A stretch of DNA of 64,000 nt, taken from positions 99,636,001 through 99,700,000 of the forward strand of contig CM059431.1 of assembly GCA_030390025.1 (NCBI GenBank), written 5' to 3'. This document shows, piece by piece, positions 39,445 to 52,112 of this stretch (positions are counted from its first letter, which is position 1; each line of letters starts with the position of its first letter). Source of the stretch: Squalus acanthias (taxonomy: Eukaryota). Under the pieces are notes generated by a model. It saw only the letters and a program-made list of their open reading frames with translations. It ran no database searches and had not been told where the DNA came from. Both the position numbers and the translations under genes were made by a program.

Positions 39445-39985
39445 CAAAAATCTATCGATCTCAGTCTTGAATATACTCAATGACTGAGCCTCCACAACCC
39501 TTTGGGGTAGAGAATTCCTAAGATTCACCACCCTCTGAGTGAAGAAATTCCTCCTCATCTCAGTCCTAAATGGCCGGCCCCTTATTCTGAGACTGTGACC
39601 CCTGGTTCTAGACTCTCCAGCCAGGGGGAAACATCCTCCCTGCATCTACCCTGTCAAACCCCTTCAGAATCCTCTGTGTTTCAATGAGATGATATTGGGC
39701 CTCATCTGCTTAGTTTGTGAGCTACTTTCAGCTTTCTAGTCAACAGCAGGGTTCTGTGTTTAAGATTGTGGTGTCCAGCACGGATTTTAGGCCAGTCTGA
39801 ATCTGCAGCAAGTTCAAAGCATAAGGAGAGATCTTCGGTTTTAAGCTCTACTGGTCGAGAGCAAGTGAATAGCTTCTTTATTATTTCATATATCAAGGAG
39901 GGCAGTGAACTGTTATATATTCGATACTTTTCATTCACCTGCTTTATTTAAATAAGCTCATCTGATGGTTCAGAGCCCAAATCTC

Positions 39986-40305
39986 GAAATAGTTTCATGG
40001 GATCTTTTGTATCCACTTGAGGGGGCAGACGGGGCCTCGGCACTATTTTGAAGAAGAGCAGGGGGAGTTCTCCCCGGTGTCCCGGGGCCAATATTTATCC
40101 CTCAACGAACACCTAAAAAACAGATGATTTGGTCATTATCAAATAGCTGTTTGTGGAACCTTGCTGTGCGCAAATTGGCTGCCGTGTTTCCCACATTACA
40201 ACAGTGACTGCACTTCAAAAAGTACTTCATTGGCTGTAAAGCGCTTTGGGACGTCCTGAGGTCGTGAAATATGCTGTAGAAATGTAAGAAGATCTTTCTT
40301 TCTTT
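39986..40305 (+). mobile_element. Deu-type SINE with an inverted 5' segment (39986-40040)
   Basis: The first 55 bp are the reverse complement of the Deu-core segment that normally precedes cactattttgaagaagagc. Confidence 0.8.
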
Positions 40306-40741
40306 CTAACTGCTTTTATAAGAATTCCTTTCACCATAAGCAGTGATTAGGAAAGTACCACTGAGACAGAAAATAGGAAATTTAAGATCTCCCACCAGTC
40401 AATTTAAAGCTACAAGTTCAGAGCTGATACTCTACTGATAATTAAAGCATTCAATTGACTGTTTGTTCTGCAGGAAGGATACAATAATCAGACAACAATA
40501 ACAAAGGCTGTTTTACACACACATTAGCTAAGGAGTTAGGCAGTTATTGTTTTCTGGAAATGGGGGAAGAGACTCTGAATTTGGAATACAGAGGAAAATC
40601 CAGCTATGGTACAAAATCTGTCTAACTCTACTCTTCTGCAAAGGTGCTGCAGGGCAGATTTGGAACAGCAGTCGGTCAATTTAGTGATCAGCCCAAAATG
40701 ATGCTGGGAAGTGGCTCTGCCCAAAATGTACAGAGTGTCTA

Positions 40742-40836
40742 TTTTTTTTAAATTTGTTTATGGGATGTGGGCGTCGCTGGCAAGGCCAGCATTTATTGCC
40801 CATCTAATAGCCCTTGAGAAGGTGGTGGTGAGCCAC
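40742..40836 (-). mobile_element. 3' tail of the tRNA-headed SINE/LINE family
   Basis: gggatgtgggcgtcgctggcaaggccagcatttattgccc...cttgagaaggtggtggtgagcc. Confidence 0.8.
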
Positions 40837-40911
40837 TGTGTCAGCCAATGTTTTGTAGGAGGGGCGGGACTTTCGGCAGGACTCACAGCAAACACTCTAT
40901 TTTACAGCAAA

Positions 40912-41630
40912 CAGAGTCTATTTAAACAGCGCACTACAGCAAACAGTCTACAGAGTCTATTTAAACAGCGCACTACAGCAAACAGTCTACAGAGTCTATT
41001 TAAACAGCACACTACAGCAAACAGTCTACAGAGCCTATTTAAACAGCGCACTACAGCAAACAGTCTACAGAGTCTATTTAAACAGCGCACTACAGCAAAC
41101 AGTCTACAGAGTCTATTTAAACAGCGCACTACAGCAAACAGTCTACAGAGTCTATTTAAACAGCACACTACAGCAAACAGTCTACAGAGCCTATTTAAAC
41201 AGCGCACTACAGCAAACAGTCTACAGAGTCTATTTAAACAGCGTACTACAGCAAACAGTCTACAGAGTCTATTTAAACAGCGCACTACAGCAAACCGTCT
41301 ACAGAGCCTATTTAAACAGCGCACAACAGCAAACAGTCTACAGAGTCTATTTAAACAGCGCACTACAGCAAACAGTCTACAGAGTCTATTTAAACAGCGC
41401 ACAACAGCAAACAGTCTACAGAGTCTATTTAAACAGCGCACTACAGCAAACAGTCTACAGAGCCTATTTAAACAGCGCACAACAGCAAACAGTCTACAGA
41501 GTCTATTTAAACAGCGCACTACAGCAAACAGTCTACAGAGTCTATGTAAACAGCACACTACAGCAAACAGTCTACAGAGCCTATTTAAACAGCGCACTAC
41601 AGCAAACAGTCTACAGAGTCTATTTAAGCA
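40912..41630. repeat. 39-bp minisatellite, about 18 copies
   Basis: CAGAGTCTATTTAAACAGCGCACTACAGCAAACAGTCTA, head-to-tail and very homogeneous. Confidence 0.97.
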
Positions 41631-42404
41631 GTGTCTCTACAAACTACAGCAAACAGAACTCATCACCAAAACTACAGCAAAGTCTCCTGATAAAAGCAGG
41701 ACTATTTCTCCAGCTAAGTGCAGTGAGCAGAGGATAGTTGCAGAATACAAAATCTGTGCGTAAAATCGATCCCAATCACTTACAGCAGCGTGGTCTCCGG
41801 GTGTGACTGACGGGGAAATTGCCCAATCATCTCTGTTCTGGCCGGGACTTGCGGTATCACTCTGCGCAGCCCAAGGTTTAAGGGAGCAATAGACAAAAGA
41901 AACAGTCGGATTTGTTTGGCATTAAGCATTACTCTGCCTAATTATTTAAATCGCAATTAAATAAATTATTAAATTAGTAAAAAGTTAATGCTCTGACGAG
42001 ATTAATAGGAGCAACAAAAAAACCATCTGGCACTGTCTTCTTTTGGAAAACCTTGACAAGGTGCGAACAGATTTTAAAGTGATTTAGTTTTTCTCCTCCC
42101 CTCCTCTCCCAAAAAATAGGTGATGATGGAAAGCAATTATTGGTAATAGCAATATCTTGAAGGCTATAGACTTCGCCCCAGCTGTGAATTATGTGTGATG
42201 TGGCAGAGTACCAAGGCAGATAGCATTTTTGTATTTGGCACTTTTTCCCTTGTTGAAACTGATTTAACACTTAGCAAAATAAAATTCTGCGAAACTTGCT
42301 GTATTAAATGTAAATCTTTATAAAAGAAAGTTCAGGTCCTCTAAAACTTTATATGGATGTAAATGGTTTGTTTAAACTATCCGGTTAAACCCCAAATTTT
42401 GTAT

Positions 42405-42580
42405 TATCTGGTCATTTATCTCATTGCTGTTTGTGGGAGCTTGCTGTGCGCAAATTGGCTGCTGCGTTTCCCACATTACAACAGTGACTACACTTCAAAT
42501 AGTACTTCATTGGCTGTAAAGCACTTTGGGACATCCTGAAAACATGAAAGGTGCTGTAGAAATGCAAGTTCTTTCTTTCT
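42405..42580 (+). mobile_element. Deu-type SINE, 3' part
   Basis: atctggtcatttatctcattgctgtttgtgggagcttgctgtgcgcaaattggct...gcaagttctttctttc. Confidence 0.8.
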
Positions 42581-42774
42581 AATCGTTGTCATATCTGAAG
42601 TTCCAATTTTTCCAGCTAGCTTTGTCCCTGAAATTGTGCAGCAGGATACGAATGTACAAACATTTAACGTGTTTGTGGGAAATTTCCTACTCTGGTATTT
42701 CAAGGCAGAATTAACCAATAATTATTTTAAACCGTTTATGCCTGTATTAAAATAGCAGAGAGAGAAATGTGAGA

Positions 42775-43277
42775 TGAGCATGGTGCAGAGGAGATTCACC
42801 AGGATGTTACCTGGGCTGGAGCGCTTCAGCTATGAAGAGAGACTGGACAGGCTGGGGTTGTTTTCCTTAGAGCAGAGAAGGCTGAGGGGGGAACCTGATT
42901 GAGGTGCACAAAATTATGAGGGGCATAGATAGGGTAGATAGAAAGGAACTTTTCCCCTTAGTAGAAGGGTCAATAACCAGGGGGCATAGTTTCAAGGTAA
43001 GGGGCAGGAGGTTTAGAGGGGATTTGAGGAAAAACTTTTTCACCCAGAGGGTGGTTGGAATCTGGAACTCACTGCCTGAAAGGGTGGTAGAGGCAGGAAC
43101 CCTCACAACATTCAAGAAGCATTTAGATGAGCACTTGAAACACCATAGCATACAAGGCTACGGACCAAGTGCTGGAAACTGGGATTAGAATAGATAGGGC
43201 TTGATGGCCAGCGTGGACACGATGGGCCGAAGGCCTCTTTCTGTGCTGTATAAATCTATGACTCTATGACTCTATGT
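42775..43277 (+). mobile_element. CR1 3' fragment
   Basis: KIMRGIDRVD..TRGHSFK..FFTQRVVGIWNSLP with a (TCTATGAC)n tail. Confidence 0.9.
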
Positions 43278-43337
43278 TAAATGTTTGTATGTAATTATTC
43301 TAGTGCATCACCTTGCACCCTTTGTTAACTTGAATGA

Positions 43338-43824
43338 ATCCAAAACTCTGCTGCCCGTGTCCTAACTCGCACCAAGTCCCGTTCGCCCGTCACCCCCTGT
43401 GCTCGCTGACCTACACTGGCTCCCGGTCTGGCAATGCCTTGATTTTAAAATTCTCATCCTTGTGTTCAAACCCTCCATAGCTTCACCCCTCCCTATCTCC
43501 GTGACCTCCTCTAGCCCCACAACCCTCCACAAGCTCTGCGCTCCTCCAATTCTGGCCTCTTGCGTGCATCCCCAATTTTAATCGCTCCACCATTGGCGGC
43601 CGTGCCTTCAGCTGCCCAGGTCCCAAGCTCTGGAATTCGCTCCCTAAACCTCTCCGCCTCTCTCTCCTCCTTTAAGAGACTCCTTAAAACCGACCTCTTT
43701 CGTCTGTGCTAATATCTCCTTATGTGGCTCGGAGTCAAATTCTGTCTGATAATCGCTCCTGTGAAGCGCCTTGGGACGTTGTACTATGTTAAAGGCGCTA
43801 TATAAATGCAAGTTGTTGTTGTTG
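43338..43824 (+). mobile_element. L2-type LINE 3' fragment
   Basis: LADLHWLPV..DFKIL with a (TTG)n tail. Confidence 0.88.
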
Positions 43825-43964
43825 CAACTTCAAGGCTCTGTGACTATTTCTGCAGGCTTCCAAATGTTTGGTGGATTTTAACATATTGACTTGACGGGGT
43901 ATAATCATGGACATTAATGAAAATCTTAGGTCCGGAACTCTGATTTAGATTTTTGGCATATTAG

Positions 43965-44603
43965 AATTATACAGAATTATATAGAATCTACAGCCGAGAA
44001 ACAGGCCATTCGGCCCAACCAGTCTATCCCCACAACCCTCCACACGAGCTTCCTCCCACCCCTCTTCATCTCACCCTATCCGCATAACCTTCTCCCTCAT
44101 GTGTTTATGTCTTCTTCTTAGGCAGTCCCTCGGAACCGAGGATGACTTGCTTCCACACTAAAAATGAGTTCTCATGTGACTGATGAGTCCAATGCGGGAC
44201 CTACAGTCTCTGTCACAGGTGGGGCCAGACGGTGGTTGAAGGGGCGAGTGGGTGGGGTGCTTGGGTTGACATGCGCTCCTTCCGCTGTTTGCGCTTGGCT
44301 TCCGCTTGCTCCCGGCGAAGAGACTCGAGGTGTTCGGCGCCTCCCCGATGCTTCTCCTCCACTTTGTGCGGTCTTGGGCCAGGGATTCCCAGGTGTCGGT
44401 GGGGATGTTGCACCTTTTTCAAGGAGGCTTTGAGGGTGCCCTTGAAGCGTTTCCTCTGCCCACCTGGGGCTCTCCTGCCGTGTCGGAGCTCCGAGTAGAG
44501 CGCTTGTTTTGGGAAAAACAAGCATTTATGTAGCTTTCCCTTAAATACATCTTTGCTATTCGCCTCAACTACTCCCTGTGGTAGCCAGTTCCACATTCTC
44601 ACC
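43965..44603 (-). mobile_element. CR1 3' fragment interrupted by an RTE LINE
   Basis: Collinear with 21970-22200 once 44111-44524 is removed. Confidence 0.8.
44111..44524 (-). mobile_element. RTE-clade LINE 3' fragment
   Basis: PKQALYSELRHGRRAPGGQRKRFKGTLKASLKK, a decayed C-terminal Cys/His motif, a (GAA)n tail and TSD TTTATGT (44104-44110 / 44525-44531). Confidence 0.85.
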
Positions 44604-45134
44604 AGAAGGTTGTAATGATCAGTGATGTTTATTTGACAGATAGATGTTGGTTGTTTCTGACAGCAGTCCCTGGACGTTTGATTTTGGTCAATAAATGACA
44701 TTTCTACAATACTTGGGTGACTCATTTCAGTCCCTATCTCTCTGAGCCCCAGTGACAGAAGGCAGGCTCTTTATCTCGCTAAGCTCTTGCTAACCGCAGA
44801 CTGATTCCATTTTTTACAGACTCTTGTTTCAGATGTTTTGCTTAAAAGGTCATCAATCACTGTTAATCCTGTCCTGCGAAAAAAAGATTGCGTACAAGTA
44901 CTGGACCCATTGCTGTCTCCCCGAAGCAATGTTAATTACCTGAGAAATGTCAAGATGTGACCAAAGCCAGTCAGACTGAAATTGCCACTAGAACTTTCCA
45001 TTCAGCCCATGTAGATCTTTTGCAAAAATATTGTATTTCTCACGACTGTACTTTTTTAAGGCCTAGGTAAGATATTGCATGCCACTTGATTTTCCTGCCT
45101 TGCAAATGAATGGAAGGAAAGAATAGTATTCTTT

Positions 45135-45592
45135 ACTAGAACGGTACCAGGGATGAGGGAGTTCAGTTGCATGGAGAGACTGGGGTTGTTCTCCTTAGAG
45201 CAGAGAAGGTTCAGGGGAGATTCAATAGAGGTGTTCAAAATTAGAAAGGGTTTTGATAGAGTAAATAAGGAGAAACTGTTTCCAGTGGCAGAAGGGTCGG
45301 TAACCAGAGGACACAGATTGAAGATAATTGGCCAAAGAGCAGATAGGAGATTAACAGAATTTTTTTTTACGCAGCGAATTGTTGTGATCTGGAATGCGCT
45401 GCCTGAAAGGGCAGTGGAAGCAGATTCAATAGTAACTTTCAAAAGGGAATTGGATAAATTCTTGAAAAGGAAAAATGGGCAGGGCTATAGGGAAAGAGCA
45501 GGGGGAGTGGGACGAATTGGAGAGCTCTTTCAAAGAGCCGGCACAGGCACGATGGGTCGAATGGCCTCCTCCTGTGCTGTGCGATTCTGTGA
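45135..45592 (+). mobile_element. CR1 3' fragment
   Basis: [33 protein letters not shown]. Confidence 0.9.
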
Positions 45593-46814
45593 AAATATGA
45601 AAGGTTCTTTAGGGGAGGCATGGTCCTCCATTTCAGATTGTTCTTTCTGCACTCTGCCCAGGCAATGCGTAACACTCAACGAGTAATGACGAAAATCGAC
45701 CCCCAGCTGATCATGACACCGTGACATTTTAACATTGCAAGCATGTTTTTGGCGACTTTTGATCTCAGCCCTTTGCATATTGATGGGCACAGTTGGAAAT
45801 ATCTGCCGATAACTTTCAGTCAAAGTCATCTTCTTTTAAATGCAAACTTGTTTGAAATCCCTCGTATCGCGTTGCAGCAAAGGCTAGTTTCCTCACTCTT
45901 TGATAAACTAAAAACAGACAAAGCAGATGATGAAATTTAATACAGAATCTCAAGTATGTTATGGAATTAGTAACTCAGAATTGATGATGTTACAAGCAAC
46001 GTGAAACGCATATTGTTCTTGGGAATGCCATCTTACTTGGAATTGTTACCATATCATGTAATTGTACAGAAATATAACTGTTGGCACCTGTATGAATGTA
46101 TAATTATTCCATCAATATGCAATGACAGCGTTAATTTTTTCCATTCAGTTTAGCTCTTCTCTGTGCTATCTGAAGCATTTATTCCTGTTAACTTTACTGT
46201 GATGGCACAGATCTATTGCTTTGTAACCTCCTCATGAGCTGCGTAGATCTTGATAAGCGAGATACACCGGGATATTGTCATGCGATTATTATACTTGGCC
46301 CTGATGCATTTGTAAAAAGGAAATATATATTTATAAATATACTAGTCACCGGCTCAGGGGTAAGGGCTCCATCTTAGAGCTTGCAGTGTAGGTAGGTGTC
46401 TGGTTCCATCCCTGGGTTGTAGTGCTAGATGATTATGCACTATAATTTAGTTTTGGAGATAACGCCTACAGAAGCAGTCAGTTTCACAGCAGTGTTAAGG
46501 TTTTCCTGCCCAGCTGTGCTCACCCACTTCAGCACTAAGCACATCATGATTATGGTCTGCAGGATCAAAACCCCTTGTAATTGTTCAGGCTTCAAGAAAT
46601 GATCCTATGAGGGAATCAAAATGTAAAGTAGGGTTATTTATAGTTCCAAGCCATGTGACATCTCCCTCCTTTGGACTTAGATTTCTGACTTAGATTCGCC
46701 ATCTTTCAATCGACATTATCATTAAAAGGGGAAATGCTCTGTTGCTAAGATAGTTCAGCAATCAGACGATTATTACAAAGATGGGTTTCATATATTTCAG
46801 AATCAAATTGCATT

Positions 46815-47190
46815 TTGATTGAAGTTTTCAGGATATTAAGGGGAACAGATAGGGTCGATAGAGAGAAACTATTTCCGCTGGTTGGGGATTCTAGGACTAG
46901 GGGACATAGTCTAAAAATTAGAGCCAGACCTTTCAGGAGTGAAATTAGGAAACACTTCTACACACAAAGGGTGGTAGAAGTTTGGAACTCTCTTCCACAA
47001 ATGGCAATTGATGCTAGATCAATTGTTAATTTTAGACCTGAGATTGGTAGATTTTTGTTAACCAAAGGTATTAAGGGATATGGGCCAAGGTGGGTATATG
47101 GAGTTAGGTCACAGATCAGCCATGATCTCACTGAATGGCGGAACAGGCTCGAGGGGCTCAATGGCCTCCTCCTGTCCCTATGTTCCTATA
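46815..47190 (+). mobile_element. CR1 3' fragment
   Basis: IEVFRIL..SRTRGHSLK..FYTQRVVEVWNSLP. Confidence 0.88.
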
Positions 47191-47689
47191 ATTTGTCAAG
47201 ATTCTTAAATGATAACCATCAGGAACACAAGTTGATGCTTCAAGGATTACCTTCGCTCCAGGATTGTTTTATCCTCCAGAAAATTATTTAATGTTCTGGA
47301 CCTTTTTTGAAGTATATTTTTAAAGAATTGTCCATTAAACCCAAATGCCTACCTTATGCCTGGGGCTTATAAAAGAGTCACAGATACACTTGTGTCATCA
47401 TTAAACAAGAAGCAAACCATGCTGTATTAATCAAAGTTGACATTTTTAGCGATAATGTTGTTGTAGTGTGAACATGATTAAGTAGAACAGATATGATGGT
47501 GAGTCGTAGCAAAGCATTCTTCATTCGGTGATTTGAATACCTATCTATATCGTTCCAATTTGTAGTGTTCATTTAATCAGTTCCAGGGGTTGAAGAATTC
47601 ATCCATGAATCCACGTTTCTGAGTAGATGCAGATAGCTAAGGCCAAAGATCAAGAAATCTAGTAACAAACGCCCCGTTCACAATTCTAA

Positions 47690-48012
47690 TATCACAGAAT
47701 CACACAGCACAGAAGGAGGCCATTCGGCCCATCGTGCCTGTGCCGGCTCTTTGAATGAGCTCTCCAATTAGTCCCACTCCCCCCTGCTCTTTCCCCAGAG
47801 CCCTGTGAATTTTTCCCCTTCAAGTATTTATCCAATTCCCCTTTTGAAAGTTACTATTGAATCTGCTTCAGGCAGCGCATTCCGCATACATTTTGTTTCC
47901 TCATTTCCCCTCTGGCTCTTTTGCCAATTACCTTCAATCTGTGTCCTCTGGTTATCGACCCTCCTGCCACTGGAAACAGTTTCTGCTTATTTACTCTATC
48001 AAAACCCTTCAT
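47690..48012 (-). mobile_element. CR1 3' fragment
   Basis: Same 3' UTR as the copies at 29714 and 52985. Confidence 0.85.
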
Positions 48013-48431
48013 ATAGTAAAATCAGAAATAGAACTATAATTTAAACACGCAACTTGTAAATTAATTTTATTGATGAGAGACAGTTACACAAACATTTGGT
48101 GAATTTCTAATCCTTTGTGATCCGGAGTTAGAGGAGCCACAGCTTTACTACGGTGATGTTGGCTGCAGAAGCAATAATATTACTTTTGGACTATTTCTCT
48201 GCCAGGTAAAGACAGATTTTTTTTTAAAGCATGTAAACCTTTTTAATTAAGAGTAGCTTAAGGTTCATAATACATAGCTACCATTCTGAGATTTAATGCA
48301 GGTAGACTGAGGGTGAGGGACAGTGACTGGTAGCTGTTCACCCTTCCCCGCTCAACCCCAGAGAAAAAAAACTTTGAGTTGCACGGGTAAATAAATTGAC
48401 GATTTCTCAAACAGATGGCAGTACACTTATT

Positions 48432-49200
48432 GATCTAGAATTTGCTGGAGAAGGGAATCTCGTGGTGTGCCCCGTTAGTTAGGCTTCTTCCTCCACCCTT
48501 CAGCTCAAAATTCTTTTTGGCCCTCTATCTCGCTGGCAGTGCGAGCTGATAACGGCGCGGCGAGGGCAACGGGGCATCTGGGACCTCGGTGAACGATGGG
48601 ACCAACAGTCTATCTCCTTAACCCATGAGATTAAAGGATCAAGAAAGAAACAGAGGAACGACAGAGAAGGAAATCGGGTGAATTAGAGTCAAATCAGGTA
48701 CAGAAAGAGAAATAATGAGAGGGAAAGAAAGATTGGATTAAGAGAGAGAAAGAAAAGACAGAAAGTAAAAGTAAGAAAAAATTAAAAGGTTTAAAATTTT
48801 AAAAATCTCTAAGAACTATTTACTACCTGCAGGAATGAGATTCCACAGTTTCAATTGTTCCCTTTCTGGGCCAGAGAGGTTGAGTGGCATTGCAGGATCA
48901 TAAATCTCCTCATTAAAAGGGTCCTAATGCTGTTAAGTACCAGCCCTAACTTTCCGCGGTGAGTTTAATGGGTAATTAATGTGCAAATGCAGCAATTTCC
49001 TGAAACTCGTGGGGAGGTTGAGGGCGAGCTGCCGTTTTCGCGAGGCTAACAGGCGGAGCGGCGCAAATCGTCCGGCAACTCGTGGCGATTCGCAACTCAC
49101 GGGGGATTCACTTCCTCGTCACAAGTTGCCGGACGATTCGCACGTCAATAACGGCGAGCGCCATTAAACCCAGCGCTATTCTGGCAGCAGATTCTGGTCC
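48432..49200. mobile_element. MITE with 3-bp TSD (Harbinger-like)
   Basis: Imperfect TIRs gatctagaatttgctg / cagcagattctggtcc, TSD ATT, CpG-rich ends and a purine-rich core. Confidence 0.72.
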
Positions 49201-49774
49201 ATTGTTGCATCTAATGTGGCACCAAAGACAAGGTGGGAGGAGACAGGATCCCTCAGTGTAATCCAATTTTTCTAAATTTAAAAAAATATACGTTTTTTTA
49301 ATGTACCACAAGATGTGAACAAGGTCAAATAAAACTTTTAAAAAGGTAATTCTAATCTCGCTACTCTTTTAAAACAGTCCAATTTCAACGGTGGAACTCG
49401 TGCTGGGTTCTAGATTCGAGGAACTGCGATGTGTCCTTTATTGAATTTCTTTTCTTCCTCAGAATCCTTTAATTCTGATCTCTTCTTCTCTGTCCCTTTG
49501 GACATAAAATGTGTGATATTAAAACCCAGTGATTCACTTTGATTGGGACCTCTTGCAGACTAGAAATTACTTTAATTAAAAATCTACCTTTTAGCCGGAG
49601 GAGCTACGGACATTCTTGTGAAATTCCTTCAATGCCATTATAAGATATATTGGGGAAAAGGTAAAAATGGGGATGTTACAATTCTCAGGCTGCTTAATTC
49701 TAATGATAAGTTTGCAAGTAGGAATGATTGGTCAATAACAAGGTTTTTTTGGCTTTGAAAATCCACAGCCCTTC

Positions 49775-50372
49775 TGATGTTATGTTAGACTTGTATAGAA
49801 CCTTGGTTAGACCACACTCGGAGCACTGTGCACAGTTCTGGTCTCCATGTTACATAAAAGGATATAGAGGCACTGGAGAAAGTGCAAAAAAGATTTACAA
49901 GGATGATACCAGAACTGAGAGGCTATAACTATCAGGAAAGATTGAACAGGCTGGGGCTCTTCTCTCCAGGAAAGAAAAGATTAAGGGGTGACCTAATAGA
50001 GGTCTTTAAAATTCTGAAGGGGTTCGATAGGGTAGACATAGAAAAAATGTTTCCACTTGTGGGGGGATGGGTGAGGAGACCAAAATTAGATAAGAGAGTC
50101 ACCAATAAATCCAATTGGGAATTCAGTAGAAATTTCTTTACCCAGAGAGTGGTGAGAATGTGGAACTCGCTACCACAGGGAGTGGTTGAGGCGAATAGCA
50201 AAGATGCATTTAAGGGGAAGCTGGATAAACACATGAGGGAGAAAGGAATAGAAGGATATGTTGATAGGGTGAGATGGAGAGGGGTGGGAGGAGGCTGGTG
50301 TGGAGCAGAAACACCGGCACGGACCAGTTGGCCTGTTTCTGTGCTGGAGATTCCGTGTAATTCTCTGTAATA
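49775..50372 (+). mobile_element. CR1 3' fragment
   Basis: LYRTLVRPHSEHCAQFWSP..RLGLFS..FFTQRVVRMWNSLP. Confidence 0.9.
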
Positions 50373-50818
50373 CACTCTTGTAACTCCAGCGGGAGTGTGA
50401 GGGAAATGTCTCAAACTCGATTGGGACCCCACCTTCCCCGGAGCCTCTGTCCAGCCTTGCGGTCAAGCAGTTGCTTCTGCTCCAAGCTGAGCTATTGATG
50501 CGGGGATGGGCGTGGACGGGGATTTGGGGGACAGCGTTACACCTGGCAGCAGTGGGTCCCTGAACAAAAGGGGTACCTCTTTAAAATAAAAAAATGATTT
50601 CCACGTGCAACTGAAAGTCTTTCCTGCGTGTTGGGGGAAGGGGCTGGCCGGGAAGTGTTCTGGCACTACCCCAGAACTACCGCAGTCATGCCTCATGTTA
50701 TTGCCTGTGGGGGAAGGAGGTGTCCTAAATGTGTCCTTGAGACCTGGGCACCTGTCATTAGATGCGAATCAAGGGTTCTCCCCCACTGACCCTGTGAGCC
50801 TTGGAGCCAGTGGGGCAG

Positions 50819-51287
50819 TCCCAGCACCCACACCAGGTCCCAGCACCCACACCAGGTCCCAGCACCCACACCAGGTCCCAGCACACACACCAGGCCCCAG
50901 CACACACACCAGGTCCCAGCACCCACACCAGGTCCCAGCACTCACACCAGGTCCCAGCACCCACACCAGGTCCCAGCACACACACCAGGTCCCAGCACAC
51001 ACACCAGGTCCCAGCACACACACCAGGTCCCAGCACCCACACCAGGTCCCAGCACACACACCAGGTCCCAGCACCCACATCAGGTCCCAGCACCCACACC
51101 AGGTCCCAGCACACACACCAGGTCCCAGCACCCACACCAAGTCCCAGCACCCACACCAGGTCCCAGCACACACACCAGGTCCCAGCACACACACCAGGTC
51201 CCAGCACACACACCAGGTCCCAGCACCCACACCAGGTCCCAGCACACACACCAGGTTCCAGCACACACACCAGGTCCCAGCACACAC
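50819..51287. repeat. 19-bp minisatellite, about 25 copies
   Basis: CCAGGTCCCAGCAC(A/C)CACA in tandem. Confidence 0.97.
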
Positions 51288-51304
51288 TCCATGGAATTTC
51301 CGCT

Positions 51305-51540
51305 CCAACAACAACAATAACAACAACTTGTATTTATATAGCGCCTTTAACGTAGTAAAACGTCCCAAGGCACTGCACAGGAGTATTTTAAGGGAAAAAA
51401 ACTTGACACCAAACCACATAAGGATAAATTAGGGCAGGTGACCAAAAGCTTGGTCAAAGAGGTAGATTTTAAGGAGCGTCTTAAAGGAAGAGAGAGAGGT
51501 AGCGAGGTGGAGAGGTTTAGACAGGGAATACCAGAGCTTA
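51305..51540 (-). mobile_element. L2-type 3' end
   Basis: (CAA)n tail followed by cttgtatttatatagcgcctttaacgtagtaaaacgtcccaagg. Confidence 0.85.
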
Positions 51541-51765
51541 GAGTTGTTGTGATCTGGAATGCGCTGCCTGAAAGGGTGGTGGAAGCAGATTCAATAATAA
51601 CTTTCAAAAGGGAATTGGATATAAACTTGAAAAGGAGAAATTTGCAGGGCTCCGGGGAAAGAGCAGGGGGGAGTAGGACTAATTGGAGAGCTCTTTCAAA
51701 GAGCTGGCGCAGGCACGATGGGCCAAATGGCCTCCTCCTGTGCTGTACAATTGGTTCTGTGAATA
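51541..51765 (+). mobile_element. CR1 3' fragment
   Basis: RVVVIWNALPERVVEADSIITFKRELD plus 3' UTR. Confidence 0.85.
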
Positions 51766-52112
51766 GAAGGCTATTGTTCCTTTTGTTGGGCAGGTTCCAG
51801 GGTAATTTTAATTTAAAACCCTCTTTATATTCTGCGGTGGGATTTATTTGATGTTGTAAAACTGTTTTATCAAGCACTTTAAAAGACAGATAAATTAATT
51901 CGTTTGGAAGTTCTTTAACAAATAACATATAACTTTGTTCTTCTTGGAATTACAATTGCGTAGATTAAAACAATTTAGTTTAGAGAACAGCGTTGAGCAA
52001 TGATGTAAAATTTTGGTTGGACCCCAATTCTAATGCATTCATAAATTTATTGAATATAGTAAGAATTGCACAGATAAATGGGCTTTACAACCCAGTTTAC
52101 TTGTTGCATCAT

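Larger units (their letters stand above)
38238..39690 (-). mobile_element. CR1 3' fragment split by two DNA-transposon insertions
   Basis: Removing both inserts restores gattcccctagagtccaaaaatctatc (compare 29385-29410). FPLAGESRTRGH..FFTQRV lies at 39500-39645. Confidence 0.88.

Noticed and set aside
40912..41630. CRISPR-like array or a 350-aa repeat protein
   Set aside because: Units are contiguous with no unique spacers, there are no cas genes and the context is eukaryotic. The ORF begins inside a retroelement tail.
44180..44204. Hammerhead-like CTGATGA-GTCC..GGAC
   Set aside because: No GAAA follows stem II; it is antisense RTE coding sequence.
50605..51432. ORFs across the 19-bp minisatellite
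   Set aside because: Stop-free repeat artefacts on both strands.
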